From Ignavibacteriota bacterium (GTDB lineage: Bacteria; Bacteroidota; Ignavibacteria; Palsa-1295), in contig CAWBEI010000002.1 of NCBI GenBank assembly GCA_963787835.1, forward strand, positions 1,472,001 through 1,536,000: a DNA stretch of 64,000 bases, in the 5' to 3' direction. The notes beneath the pieces were generated by a model. That model was not told the DNA's origin and searched no databases. It saw nothing but the letters and a program-made list of their open reading frames with translations. The position numbers were made by a program, and so were the translations under genes. Shown here one piece after another: positions 55,860 to 64,000 of the stretch (positions are counted from its first letter, which is position 1; the number at the start of each line of letters is the position of its first letter).

Positions 55860-57281
55860 TCAGACGATAAGGCCACGAATATCGTTGAAGACCATAAAGA
55901 TCATAAGCGATAGCAAAATAGCGATCCCAACCTTCTGAAAATTCAATTTGAATTTTTGCGATAGCTCGTGCCCGATCGCAGCTTCAATGAGGATAATGAT
56001 CAAATGCCCTCCATCGAGCGCTGGAATTGGCAAAATGTTAATGAGCGCCAGAGAGATCGATAGCAGCGCCATAAAGTTGATGAACGTTTCTAACCCACCG
56101 GACGCGCTCTTTGAAGCATATTGCGCTATTTTGATCGGTCCGCCAAGCGCATCCTGTGCAGCCATTTTTCCCTGGATGATCTCACTGATAGTTACCACTG
56201 TAAGCCGAGCGTAAGTTTCGAGATTTGTCCATCCCAGCCCAATAGAAGCAGCGAGGCCGTAATGGATATCAAGGGTAGGCCCAATGTAATTAGACCGGTT
56301 GAACACACCGATCTGCCCCTTTGCATCGGGCGTAACGATCACAAGTTTGTGTTCGCCTTTTCGAATAAGATCGATAGTAATAGGTTTCAGGGGATGTGAA
56401 GTAACAGCATCGACAAAAGCACCCTGGTTCGGAATGGCTGCCCCATCGATCGATACAATACTATCTCCGCTCATCAACCCCGCGCGAGCGGCAGGAAGCG
56501 ATGGGATCACGCTATCGAGTGATGGCGGAGTGTATCCAACTGGGTCAAGCCCAAAACGGCGCGGAGCATCTTTGAGGCTTCCCAGATCGGATGCGCGGTA
56601 GAGTGCGGAGTATTGCTTACCATCTCGCTCAAAGGTCATGGAAAAATCGTGGCCAAAATTATCGGTAACAACTTCACTGACTTCAAGCCAGTTGGTAGCT
56701 TTCTTTCCATTAACAGAAATGATCTTGTCGCCGGCCTGAACTCCATCTTCCTCCGAAACGGAACCATGGCTCACGTAACCTACCGTTGTAGTTGCCGGGG
56801 TTTCGGCACCGTAGAAGTAATTTATACACGTGAAGATCGACCACGCAAGGAACACATTCATAATAACACCGGCGGAGATCACGATAGATTTTTGCCACCA
56901 GGGTTTCGCGCGAAATTCCCAGGGCTGCATTACTTCAGGGAGTGCCTCATTCTGGGTTTCATCGATCATCCCTTCGATCTTCGCATATCCTCCGATCGGC
57001 AAAAGGGAAAGCCGGTAATCAGTATTGTTCTCCAGGCCAACTTCCACATCGGGGTCAAGTGCACCAAGAGTGAAGCCATTTACCTTGTTGAATCCAAACA
57101 CACGCCGGCCCATGCCGACGGAAAACACCGGTACGCGCATCCCAAATATCCTGCCGGCGATAAAATGTCCGAACTCGTGAACGGTCACGAGCACAAAGAT
57201 CGTGATAACAAAATAGAGTACGGCACGGAGAATGCTCTCGATGCCTTCCAGACCAAATTGAGCTAAAATATGATGTTCCAA
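55860..57281 (-). CDS. rseP: RIP metalloprotease RseP
   Basis: HEFGH, LLPIGGY, SAGV..N, two PDZ-like regions, NILPIPALDGGH. Confidence 0.95.
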   Translation of the reverse strand: MEHHILAQFGLEGIESILRAVLYFVITIFVLVTVHEFGHFIAGRIFGMRVPVFSVGMGRRVFGFNKVNGFTLGALDPDVEVGLENNTDYRLSLLPIGGYAKIEGMIDETQNEALPEVMQPWEFRAKPWWQKSIVISAGVIMNVFLAWSIFTCINYFYGAETPATTTVGYVSHGSVSEEDGVQAGDKIISVNGKKATNWLEVSEVVTDNFGHDFSMTFERDGKQYSALYRASDLGSLKDAPRRFGLDPVGYTPPSLDSVIPSLPAARAGLMSGDSIVSIDGAAIPNQGAFVDAVTSHPLKPITIDLIRKGEHKLVIVTPDAKGQIGVFNRSNYIGPTLDIHYGLAASIGLGWTNLETYARLTVVTISEIIQGKMAAQDALGGPIKIAQYASKSASGGLETFINFMALLSISLALINILPIPALDGGHLIIILIEAAIGHELSQKFKLNFQKVGIAILLSLMIFMVFNDIRGLIV

Positions 57282-57405
57282 TGAAGAATCCTTCGATTGA
57301 GAGGAGAATGTTGTTGCTTAACCTCTGACAATGTCCATTACCAGCGAGATGGTTCGCGCTTTCATAAAAAATCTATGTTAGGTTGAAAACGGGATAGGAC
57401 TTAGA

Positions 57406-57514
57406 GTGATTCTGAGCGAAGCCATTATGGAGGAAGAAGAGATGAACGGAGTCGAAGGATCTCTTGTAATGGCAGGAGATTTTCAACTCTGTAAAACAGG
57501 AGAATTCCAGGACA
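57406..57514. repeat. Degenerate family C element
   Basis: GTGATTCTGAGCGAAG...GAGATGAACGGAGTCGAAGGATCTC. Confidence 0.6.
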
Positions 57515-57517
57515 GCC

Positions 57518-58183
57518 ATGGAAATTCGAGAACTTATCGACATTTGTAATGCCAATGGACTCATCATACCCGATGAAACCGCCGAGAAGCTTGCGCTTTT
57601 TGCAAAACTGCTGCCTGGCTGGAATGCGAAGATAAACCTGATCTCACGCAAAGATGAAGCCCACATCATCGATGCTCACATTCTTCATTCTCTTGTACTT
57701 AGAATGCCTGCAATTTGCGATTATGATCTCTCGAACAAACGAGTGTTCGATCTTGGTACCGGTGGTGGTTTACCCGGAATTCCGCTAAAGATCGTTACTC
57801 CGTCTATGGAGATGGTCCTTATCGATTCGATTCAAAAAAAGATCATGGCCTGCAGCGATATGATCATGGAGCTTGAACTGAAAGGAATAGCGGCTATCTG
57901 CGGACGCGCAGAAGATATTGCGAAGCAGAGGGATTTTTCTCACTCATTCGATGCAGCCGTTTCGCGTGCCGTTGCGCCATTAGACGATCTTGCTACGTGG
58001 AGCAAAGGAATGCTTAAGTCCGGCGGGATTCTTTTTGCGCTCAAAGGAGGCGATCTCGATGAAGAAATAGCACGGACTCGAAGATTGAAATTCGTCAAGC
58101 AAATCGAATCGAAGCCTCTGGAACTTGCCGGGTATGCAGAGTTTGCGAAGCAAGAGAAGAAACTTGTTACCGTTCAGTTATAG
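57518..58183 (+). CDS. rsmG: 16S rRNA m7G527 methyltransferase
   Basis: WN.KINLISR, HILHSL, DLGTGGGLPGIPL, IDS..KK, RAE, SRAVA, LKG. Confidence 0.95.
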   Translation: MEIRELIDICNANGLIIPDETAEKLALFAKLLPGWNAKINLISRKDEAHIIDAHILHSLVLRMPAICDYDLSNKRVFDLGTGGGLPGIPLKIVTPSMEMVLIDSIQKKIMACSDMIMELELKGIAAICGRAEDIAKQRDFSHSFDAAVSRAVAPLDDLATWSKGMLKSGGILFALKGGDLDEEIARTRRLKFVKQIESKPLELAGYAEFAKQEKKLVTVQL

Positions 58184-58236
58184 CTCTAAATTCTCAAAGG
58201 AAACTGCACGAAAACATTCTTGTTCTAAAGCCCGAC

Positions 58237-59250
58237 ATGAGTAAGGCTCCTACGAAAGAATCCACCGACCGCATTAACATCCTGAACATCTGGCTGATGC
58301 TGATCTCAGGTCTCCTTGCATTCGTTTGGCCATTCTATCTTTTTTTGATCGCTTATGCATTCCTTGGACCATTGCATTATTTGACGGAAATATCCTGGCT
58401 GCACGATCGAAGTTTTTACACGAAACGTAAATATGACTATCTGTTTCTCGTCGTACTGACAATCGTCTATGGCAGCGGACTTTTCTTCACGTTCGATAAC
58501 ATGCAGATTGTCGCTAATTCGGTATTGATCGCATTCATTGGTTCACTGGCCCTGACACTGACATCTAATATGATTGCCAGAGTGGCATTCACAGTGCTTG
58601 CTTGCCTGCTTGCCTATTTTGTGCCGATTTCTTACACCAGTCTTATCATTGGCGTCCTGATCTTAACGGTAGTTCATGTTTTTGTTTTTACGGGTTTTTT
58701 CATTGCATTCGGCGCGATGAAGTCCCGGAGCCGAACGGGATATATTTCTCTTGCAGTTTTCATCGCGATTGCGGCTGCGTTACTCCTCATTCGCTATTTG
58801 CCTTCCGGCGGTGTCGCGGATACGTTCGTTGTTGCACAATATGGTAAGCGTTTTGCAGACCCAAATATTTGGTTCATGCAGACCTTCGGTTTTTCCACCA
58901 TGGGAAGGTTTGCTAATGACCCCTTCGAATTTTCTACCGGCGCTATTGCGGTCATGCGTTTCATTGCATTCGCCTATCTGTACCATTACCTTAATTGGTT
59001 CTCGAAAACGAAGATCATCGGGTGGCATGAGGTTCCCAAAGGCCGACTCGTGGCAGTCGGGGTGATCTGGGCCGCAGCGATCGGGCTGTATGCCGCGAAT
59101 TACGATCTGGGCTTCAAGGCCTTATTCTTTTTGAGCGCGTTGCATGTGCTCCTCGAATTCCCGCTCGATTTTCGAACGATTATCGGCATCGGTTCGGAAT
59201 TTAGCAAGCGAATGAAATTTGGGAAATATCGAACCCTATCAACAGGATAG
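58237..59250 (+). CDS. Hypothetical polytopic membrane protein
   Basis: LGPLHYLTEISWLH, FAYLYHYLNWFSKT, LHVLLEFPL; many TM segments. Confidence 0.7.
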   Translation: MSKAPTKESTDRINILNIWLMLISGLLAFVWPFYLFLIAYAFLGPLHYLTEISWLHDRSFYTKRKYDYLFLVVLTIVYGSGLFFTFDNMQIVANSVLIAFIGSLALTLTSNMIARVAFTVLACLLAYFVPISYTSLIIGVLILTVVHVFVFTGFFIAFGAMKSRSRTGYISLAVFIAIAAALLLIRYLPSGGVADTFVVAQYGKRFADPNIWFMQTFGFSTMGRFANDPFEFSTGAIAVMRFIAFAYLYHYLNWFSKTKIIGWHEVPKGRLVAVGVIWAAAIGLYAANYDLGFKALFFLSALHVLLEFPLDFRTIIGIGSEFSKRMKFGKYRTLSTG

Positions 59251-59282
59251 AGTGATAATGGATGGCCGAATGGTCTGTATTA

Positions 59283-59310
59283 TCATCATTCATCATTCAT
59301 AATTCATCAT
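59283..59310. repeat. 7-nt tandem repeat (TCATCAT/TCATAAT)x4
   Basis: tcatcat tcatcat tcataat tcatcat just upstream of the GH57 gene. Confidence 0.65.
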
Positions 59311-59315
59311 TGCCC

Positions 59316-61427
59316 ATGAAATCCGTCATTTTTTCTTTCGCTACGCATAACCATCAGCCGGTGGGCAACTTCGAGCATGTATTCGAAGAATCCTATGCGC
59401 GGTCGTACCGGCCTTTTTTTGAATTAGCGGCAAAATATCCCCGCGTTCGTTTCGCAACGCACTTTACGGGAATCCTGCTCGAATGGCTTGAAGAGAAACA
59501 CCCCGACCATGTGGCAAGGCTTGGCAGGATGGTTCAGTCCGGGCAGCTTGAAATGATCTCCGGCGGATATTTCGAACCCATCCTCTCCGTTATTCCACCG
59601 GTCGATCAGCAGGCGCAGATCGCGATGCTTTCGCAAAAGGTCCGGGAGCTGTTTTTCTCGGAGCCACGCGGCATGTGGCTTGCCGAACGAGTATGGGAAC
59701 AGTCATTGGCTTCTGTGTTGCATCGAGCCGGGATTCAATATGTTTTGCTTGACGATTCCCATTTTCTGGCGGCGGGGCTGCGTGAAGAAGATCTGAACGG
59801 TTATTACTTCACGGAGGACGCTGGGGAAACAATTGCGATCTTTCCTATTTCGAAAGAACTTCGATATGCCATCCCGTTTGCACCGGTGGATGAAACGATC
59901 CGTGTGCTGCGCGATGCCGCAAGTGAACGAGGAACTAATATTGTTACATTTGCAGATGACGGAGAGAAATTCGGCGTGTGGCCACAAACCTACGAACACG
60001 TGTATGAGGACGGCTGGCTCGATGAATTCTTTCGCAAACTTTCGGAGCAATCCAATTGGATCACGTTCCTGCCTCCCGGCGAAGTTCTGGACCGGGTCGC
60101 TCCGCGCGGGCGTATCTATTTACCCACGGGAAGTTATGCGGAAATGATGCAATGGTCGCTGCCAACAGCTCAGGCGAATCTCGCCTTCGAGCACTTTCTT
60201 CAGATCCTGGATGAGGATAAACCGAATTGGCAGGAGTATCGAGCTTTTGCTCGGGGCGGATACTGGCGTAACTTTTTTGTGAAATATCCGGAATCCAACC
60301 ATCTCCATAAACATTCGCTTCGCACCAGTGCAAGAATTGAAGCATTTGCAACTACCGGACTCGATCTGTCGGAAGCACGTCGGGAATTGCTTCGTTCCCA
60401 ATGTAACGATCCCTATTGGCACGGCGTGTTCGGAGGGATCTATCTTTCAAATCTGCGCCATGCAAATTATACGGCGCTCATCACGGCCGATGCGATCCTC
60501 GATCGAGCGGAAGGACGTTCCGGAATACGGATGGAAGCTACCGATATGGATTGTGACGGAGCACCAGAGATCATTCTGGAATCTCCAGTATTATCGCTTT
60601 TTGTAAAACCGTCGCTTGGTGGCATGATCGCGGAGATCGACTTCAAGCCACGAGCCTTCAATGCTACGAATATCGTTTCGAGACGCACAGAAGCCTATCA
60701 TTCCAAAATTGCAGAAGCGACTCTCGATAGTGATAAAAGTGAAGCAACTTCTATTCACAACGGACTAAAGGCCAAAGAGTCCGGTCTCGAAAAGTTATTG
60801 GTCTATGACGACTACCGGCGCGGCTGCCTGATCGAGCATTTTCTTGACCCCGATCGCTCGTTCGATCCCCAACAAGGACTTGAGGAGATCGGAAATTTTG
60901 TGACTTCGGCCTTCGAATGGGGTTGGAATGAAGGGGAAGGATGCTTGCAGCTTTCTTGCTCAGGCACCGTTCTTGGAAAACCGGTTCGGTTGGTAAAACA
61001 ATTAGTTGTTTCACCCGACGGTGGTGATTTAAAAGTGACCTATTCCATCACGAACGAATCGGCCGAGCAACTTCGTTTTAGCTTCGCTTCTGAGTGGGCG
61101 TTTCATCTGCTTGCACCGGATGCTCCGGATCGGTATTACGAATCGGATGGCAAAAAGCTTTCGTGGCCGGCAATGAATAGCAATGGACGGCTGCCTAAAG
61201 CCTCGAATATCCGGCTTGTGGACGAATACCTGAAATTAGCCATTGCGATCGATACCGTTGGAAGTGACGAGATCGTTCGTTACCCCATCGAGACCGTTTC
61301 GATGAGCGAGGGTGGTTTTGAGCGAATGTTCCAGGGCTCGATCGTGATGCCGATCTGGAAAGTGGAACTTTCACCAGGTGATACATGGAACGCTACGTTG
61401 ACTGTGAATTTTGAACTGATATCATGA
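59316..61427 (+). CDS. GH57 alpha-amylase / 4-alpha-glucanotransferase
   Basis: HNHQPVGNF, GGYFEPIL, GMWLAERVWE, DDGEKFG.WP.T, SQCND.YWHGVFGG.YL. Confidence 0.93.
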   Translation: MKSVIFSFATHNHQPVGNFEHVFEESYARSYRPFFELAAKYPRVRFATHFTGILLEWLEEKHPDHVARLGRMVQSGQLEMISGGYFEPILSVIPPVDQQAQIAMLSQKVRELFFSEPRGMWLAERVWEQSLASVLHRAGIQYVLLDDSHFLAAGLREEDLNGYYFTEDAGETIAIFPISKELRYAIPFAPVDETIRVLRDAASERGTNIVTFADDGEKFGVWPQTYEHVYEDGWLDEFFRKLSEQSNWITFLPPGEVLDRVAPRGRIYLPTGSYAEMMQWSLPTAQANLAFEHFLQILDEDKPNWQEYRAFARGGYWRNFFVKYPESNHLHKHSLRTSARIEAFATTGLDLSEARRELLRSQCNDPYWHGVFGGIYLSNLRHANYTALITADAILDRAEGRSGIRMEATDMDCDGAPEIILESPVLSLFVKPSLGGMIAEIDFKPRAFNATNIVSRRTEAYHSKIAEATLDSDKSEATSIHNGLKAKESGLEKLLVYDDYRRGCLIEHFLDPDRSFDPQQGLEEIGNFVTSAFEWGWNEGEGCLQLSCSGTVLGKPVRLVKQLVVSPDGGDLKVTYSITNESAEQLRFSFASEWAFHLLAPDAPDRYYESDGKKLSWPAMNSNGRLPKASNIRLVDEYLKLAIAIDTVGSDEIVRYPIETVSMSEGGFERMFQGSIVMPIWKVELSPGDTWNATLTVNFELIS

Positions 61428-62248
61428 ATCAAAAGAGAACATCTGCCAGGCAATCGCCGAATGGCCGCTCATCCATGCCGGTCCAGATCACGTTGCCGGT
61501 ACGGCCCCGGCTCTCTGTGATCATTCCGACCAAGAACGAGGAAAAGCTCCTCGAGCGGTGCCTTCAACAGTTCTCGCCGATGATCAAACATCGGTTCGGG
61601 ATCGAAATTATCGTCAGCGATGGCGGTTCCACAGATAACACGATCGGCATTGCCGCAGCGTATGCAGATTTTATTGCAACGCATGACAGTGATCGAGGCC
61701 CGTTGCCACGCAGGCAGACCATTGCCGAAGGCCGAAATCGTGGAGCGGAACTCGCTAACGCAGATCTTCTACTATTTCTGAACGCCGATACGAGCATCGC
61801 TGACATCGAACGGTTTCTGCGCAGAGTAGTCCAACGATTTTCGATCGATGAGTCGCTCGCAGCAATCGCTACCCGAGTTGAAGTAGTTCCAGAAGAGCGC
61901 AAGTGGAGTGATGTGCTTTTTCATGGATATTTCAACCGATATGTCAAGGTCGCAAATGTGATCGGACTTGGAATGGGCCGAGGCGAATGCCAGATCGTTC
62001 GAAGAAATGCGTTCGAAGTATTAAGCGGGTACGATCCACACATGGCCGCCGGTGAAGATTTCGATCTTTACCGCCGCATGCGATCGGTTGGCCGGGTGAA
62101 ATACGATGGGAAGCTTCTTGTGTTCGAATCACCTCGGCGCTACCGGAAATATGGCTATACGCGCGTGTATTTCGATTGGATACGCAATGGGTTTGCGGTT
62201 CTTATCCGCCATCGCTCCGCTCAGGAGATATGGGAAGAAGTGAGATAA
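61424..62248 (+). CDS. Family 2 glycosyltransferase
   Basis: LSVIIPT.NEE, IIVSDGGSTD.T, GRN.GA, FLNAD, GED. Confidence 0.9.
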   Translation: MNQKRTSARQSPNGRSSMPVQITLPVRPRLSVIIPTKNEEKLLERCLQQFSPMIKHRFGIEIIVSDGGSTDNTIGIAAAYADFIATHDSDRGPLPRRQTIAEGRNRGAELANADLLLFLNADTSIADIERFLRRVVQRFSIDESLAAIATRVEVVPEERKWSDVLFHGYFNRYVKVANVIGLGMGRGECQIVRRNAFEVLSGYDPHMAAGEDFDLYRRMRSVGRVKYDGKLLVFESPRRYRKYGYTRVYFDWIRNGFAVLIRHRSAQEIWEEVR

Positions 62249-62278
62249 TTCAGGATGGCGGAAGAAGGCGATCCACGA

Positions 62279-64000
62279 TTAGAACCTGACGTATGCTTTG
62301 AAGCTCCAATCCGGAACATTGGATGGCGTAAGTCCCAGCCCTGATGCGAGTCCGTAGGATAGACTGAACCCAAATCCGTGTACCTCGCCGAGTGGTTCAC
62401 ATGCCAAGCCAACCTGTCCCGAAAGTAAAGGGGCGGAAGTAACGCCGCTCGGCGCCGATGACCATGTGCCATAATATGCCACTTCCGCTAATGGCTCGAT
62501 CAAGCCATTATAGAATTTAAAGGGAATCCATTGTAACTGAAATCCCAATGATTTTGGTGAAAGGAAAAAGTTGGATAAATTTCCGCGAGGGGTATAGTTG
62601 AGATAGGGAACCGGAGCATACATCATTCCGAATGAAACATCGAAGGAGAGAGCTGGCCGGTTGGACTCGATGCCAATAAAGAAATTTTCTCCCGCAGCAT
62701 CGCCGGCTCCAAATCCTGCACGGCCATGCACATCGGCAATGGTGTTCTGCTTGTTTGCGAGAACAGCCTGCTCTAAATCCTTATTTTCTTTTTTGGAATC
62801 TTCGAGCGTGCCAGTGACTCTTTGGTTTATCACCATTTCATTTGCAAGTTCTTCTTCTTTTAGCGCCAACAAGGAATCCATGTTTAGCTTCTTCCTTCCA
62901 ATGACAAGTGTATCGGGGGTTCCGATACGCGCGCCTTCATTGACCGTGATGGGAGACGTCTTGTTGAAATCATGTGTCTCGGAAAAAAGAATTTTCCCGG
63001 TTCCCGGCTCGATCGCAGTGTATCGGTATTTGTATGGGCCATCGGCAAACTTGGACAGATCGACTTCGGCGAGATAATCTGCCGGCTGACTCAGTGTATC
63101 GACAATGGTGAGTGGGTGTGCGGTGTCAACCACACTCAACAGTTCGATCTTCGCCTCGCAGGTTCTTGCGGCAGAATAAGGGATCGAAAGCCGTTGCGAA
63201 ATATCAGAAACCGTTTGGTGACCGAGTTTGAACGCAAGTTTATCGCTCTCGATGAGAATATGTTCTTCGATGAACCGGGAAAAATCATCGTCGAAATCAA
63301 GATTGGTTCCGTTCTCTAAGGTTACGATCACTCCCTTGGTGAGGCGTTCGTTGGCGAGCCTCATGTTGACGGGTTCCCCAATTTTCGTATTGCAATCTTT
63401 ATGAAATTGCTCCATACGAACGCTGTTGTCCGTGTGGTTGGATTCCAAGGTTCGTTCGATCACCACATAATATCGCATCGAGTCCGTATTATTCATTCCG
63501 GAATCGCGCCCCATACTGGAGGTCGTCGGTAGTGGCAGCACACCAATGTTTACCGTGTAGGATGCCTCGTCGCTCGGCAGTGGTTTCGAAAGATTGCTGA
63601 CTACCGGCAGCGCAAGAGGCGTTCGCGCTGTGCCGACGTAATACATGATCGATTGCTCGTTATGTCCAAAACGGCTGGTGTCGGGCCCGGTTGCTGTGTT
63701 CGTAAAATAATGCGGCTGGAGATGGAAGCTCGATTCATAGAGAACATCTTTCGAGGCTGCACTGAGTCGGACATAATTTGCTTCGGTTTGCACCATTTCC
63801 GGGTGGAAGTTCCGGCCGCCTTTTGCGATCTCGTCCTTGATGCGCTGATCTATTAGTTCCTCGATCGAAGCTTCGTCCGTGATCTTGACAGTTTGAGATC
63901 TATCCGGTATTGCTTGTGCAATATTAGATGGCTGTGCAATGCTCTTATGCACATGGCCAATAAGGAAGAAAAAAAACACAGGGAGTGCAAGCCCTCTTGC
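62279..64000 (-). CDS. Large secreted hypothetical protein with coiled coil and C-terminal beta-strands (5'-truncated)
   Basis: Frame open to the window end; signal-like ..KSIAQ; ends YVRF. Confidence 0.65.
   Translation of the reverse strand, partial: ARGLALPVFFFFLIGHVHKSIAQPSNIAQAIPDRSQTVKITDEASIEELIDQRIKDEIAKGGRNFHPEMVQTEANYVRLSAASKDVLYESSFHLQPHYFTNTATGPDTSRFGHNEQSIMYYVGTARTPLALPVVSNLSKPLPSDEASYTVNIGVLPLPTTSSMGRDSGMNNTDSMRYYVVIERTLESNHTDNSVRMEQFHKDCNTKIGEPVNMRLANERLTKGVIVTLENGTNLDFDDDFSRFIEEHILIESDKLAFKLGHQTVSDISQRLSIPYSAARTCEAKIELLSVVDTAHPLTIVDTLSQPADYLAEVDLSKFADGPYKYRYTAIEPGTGKILFSETHDFNKTSPITVNEGARIGTPDTLVIGRKKLNMDSLLALKEEELANEMVINQRVTGTLEDSKKENKDLEQAVLANKQNTIADVHGRAGFGAGDAAGENFFIGIESNRPALSFDVSFGMMYAPVPYLNYTPRGNLSNFFLSPKSLGFQLQWIPFKFYNGLIEPLAEVAYYGTWSSAPSGVTSAPLLSGQVGLACEPLGEVHGFGFSLSYGLASGLGLTPSNVPDWSFKAYVRF

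Overview
Ordinary bacterial chromosome, probably an FCB-group lineage related to Bacteroidota, Kapabacteria or Ignavibacteria. This is inferred from T9SS-type C-terminal domains and repeated CG-TAnnTTTG promoter motifs. Core genes: paaA/B/C/D, sucC, mltG, tRNA-Pro(GGG), rodA, hutI/hutH, an OppA-like SBP, sixA, mutS, lon, mazG (frameshifted), ahcY, rseP, rsmG, a GH57 and a GT2. These are mixed with secreted proteins and small accessory genes. The unusual feature is a dense set of palindromic repeats from about ten distinguishable families. Four small nuclease/transposase genes each sit inside their own family: two RAYT (HUH tyrosine) transposases with GTAG-tagged REPs, a stand-alone GIY-YIG nuclease with GTCAT-tagged palindromes, and a DUF559 (Vsr-like) endonuclease with C/G-run palindromes. 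Gene-less copies of each family are scattered through the window. Several copies lie in frame inside proteins (PaaD, HutH twice, a T9SS CTD, possibly a lipoprotein signal peptide; MazG with a 1-nt slip). Others supply stop codons, nest inside each other, or separate a co-oriented, cassette-like run of accessory genes. All assignments come from motif recognition by eye; no database searches were run.
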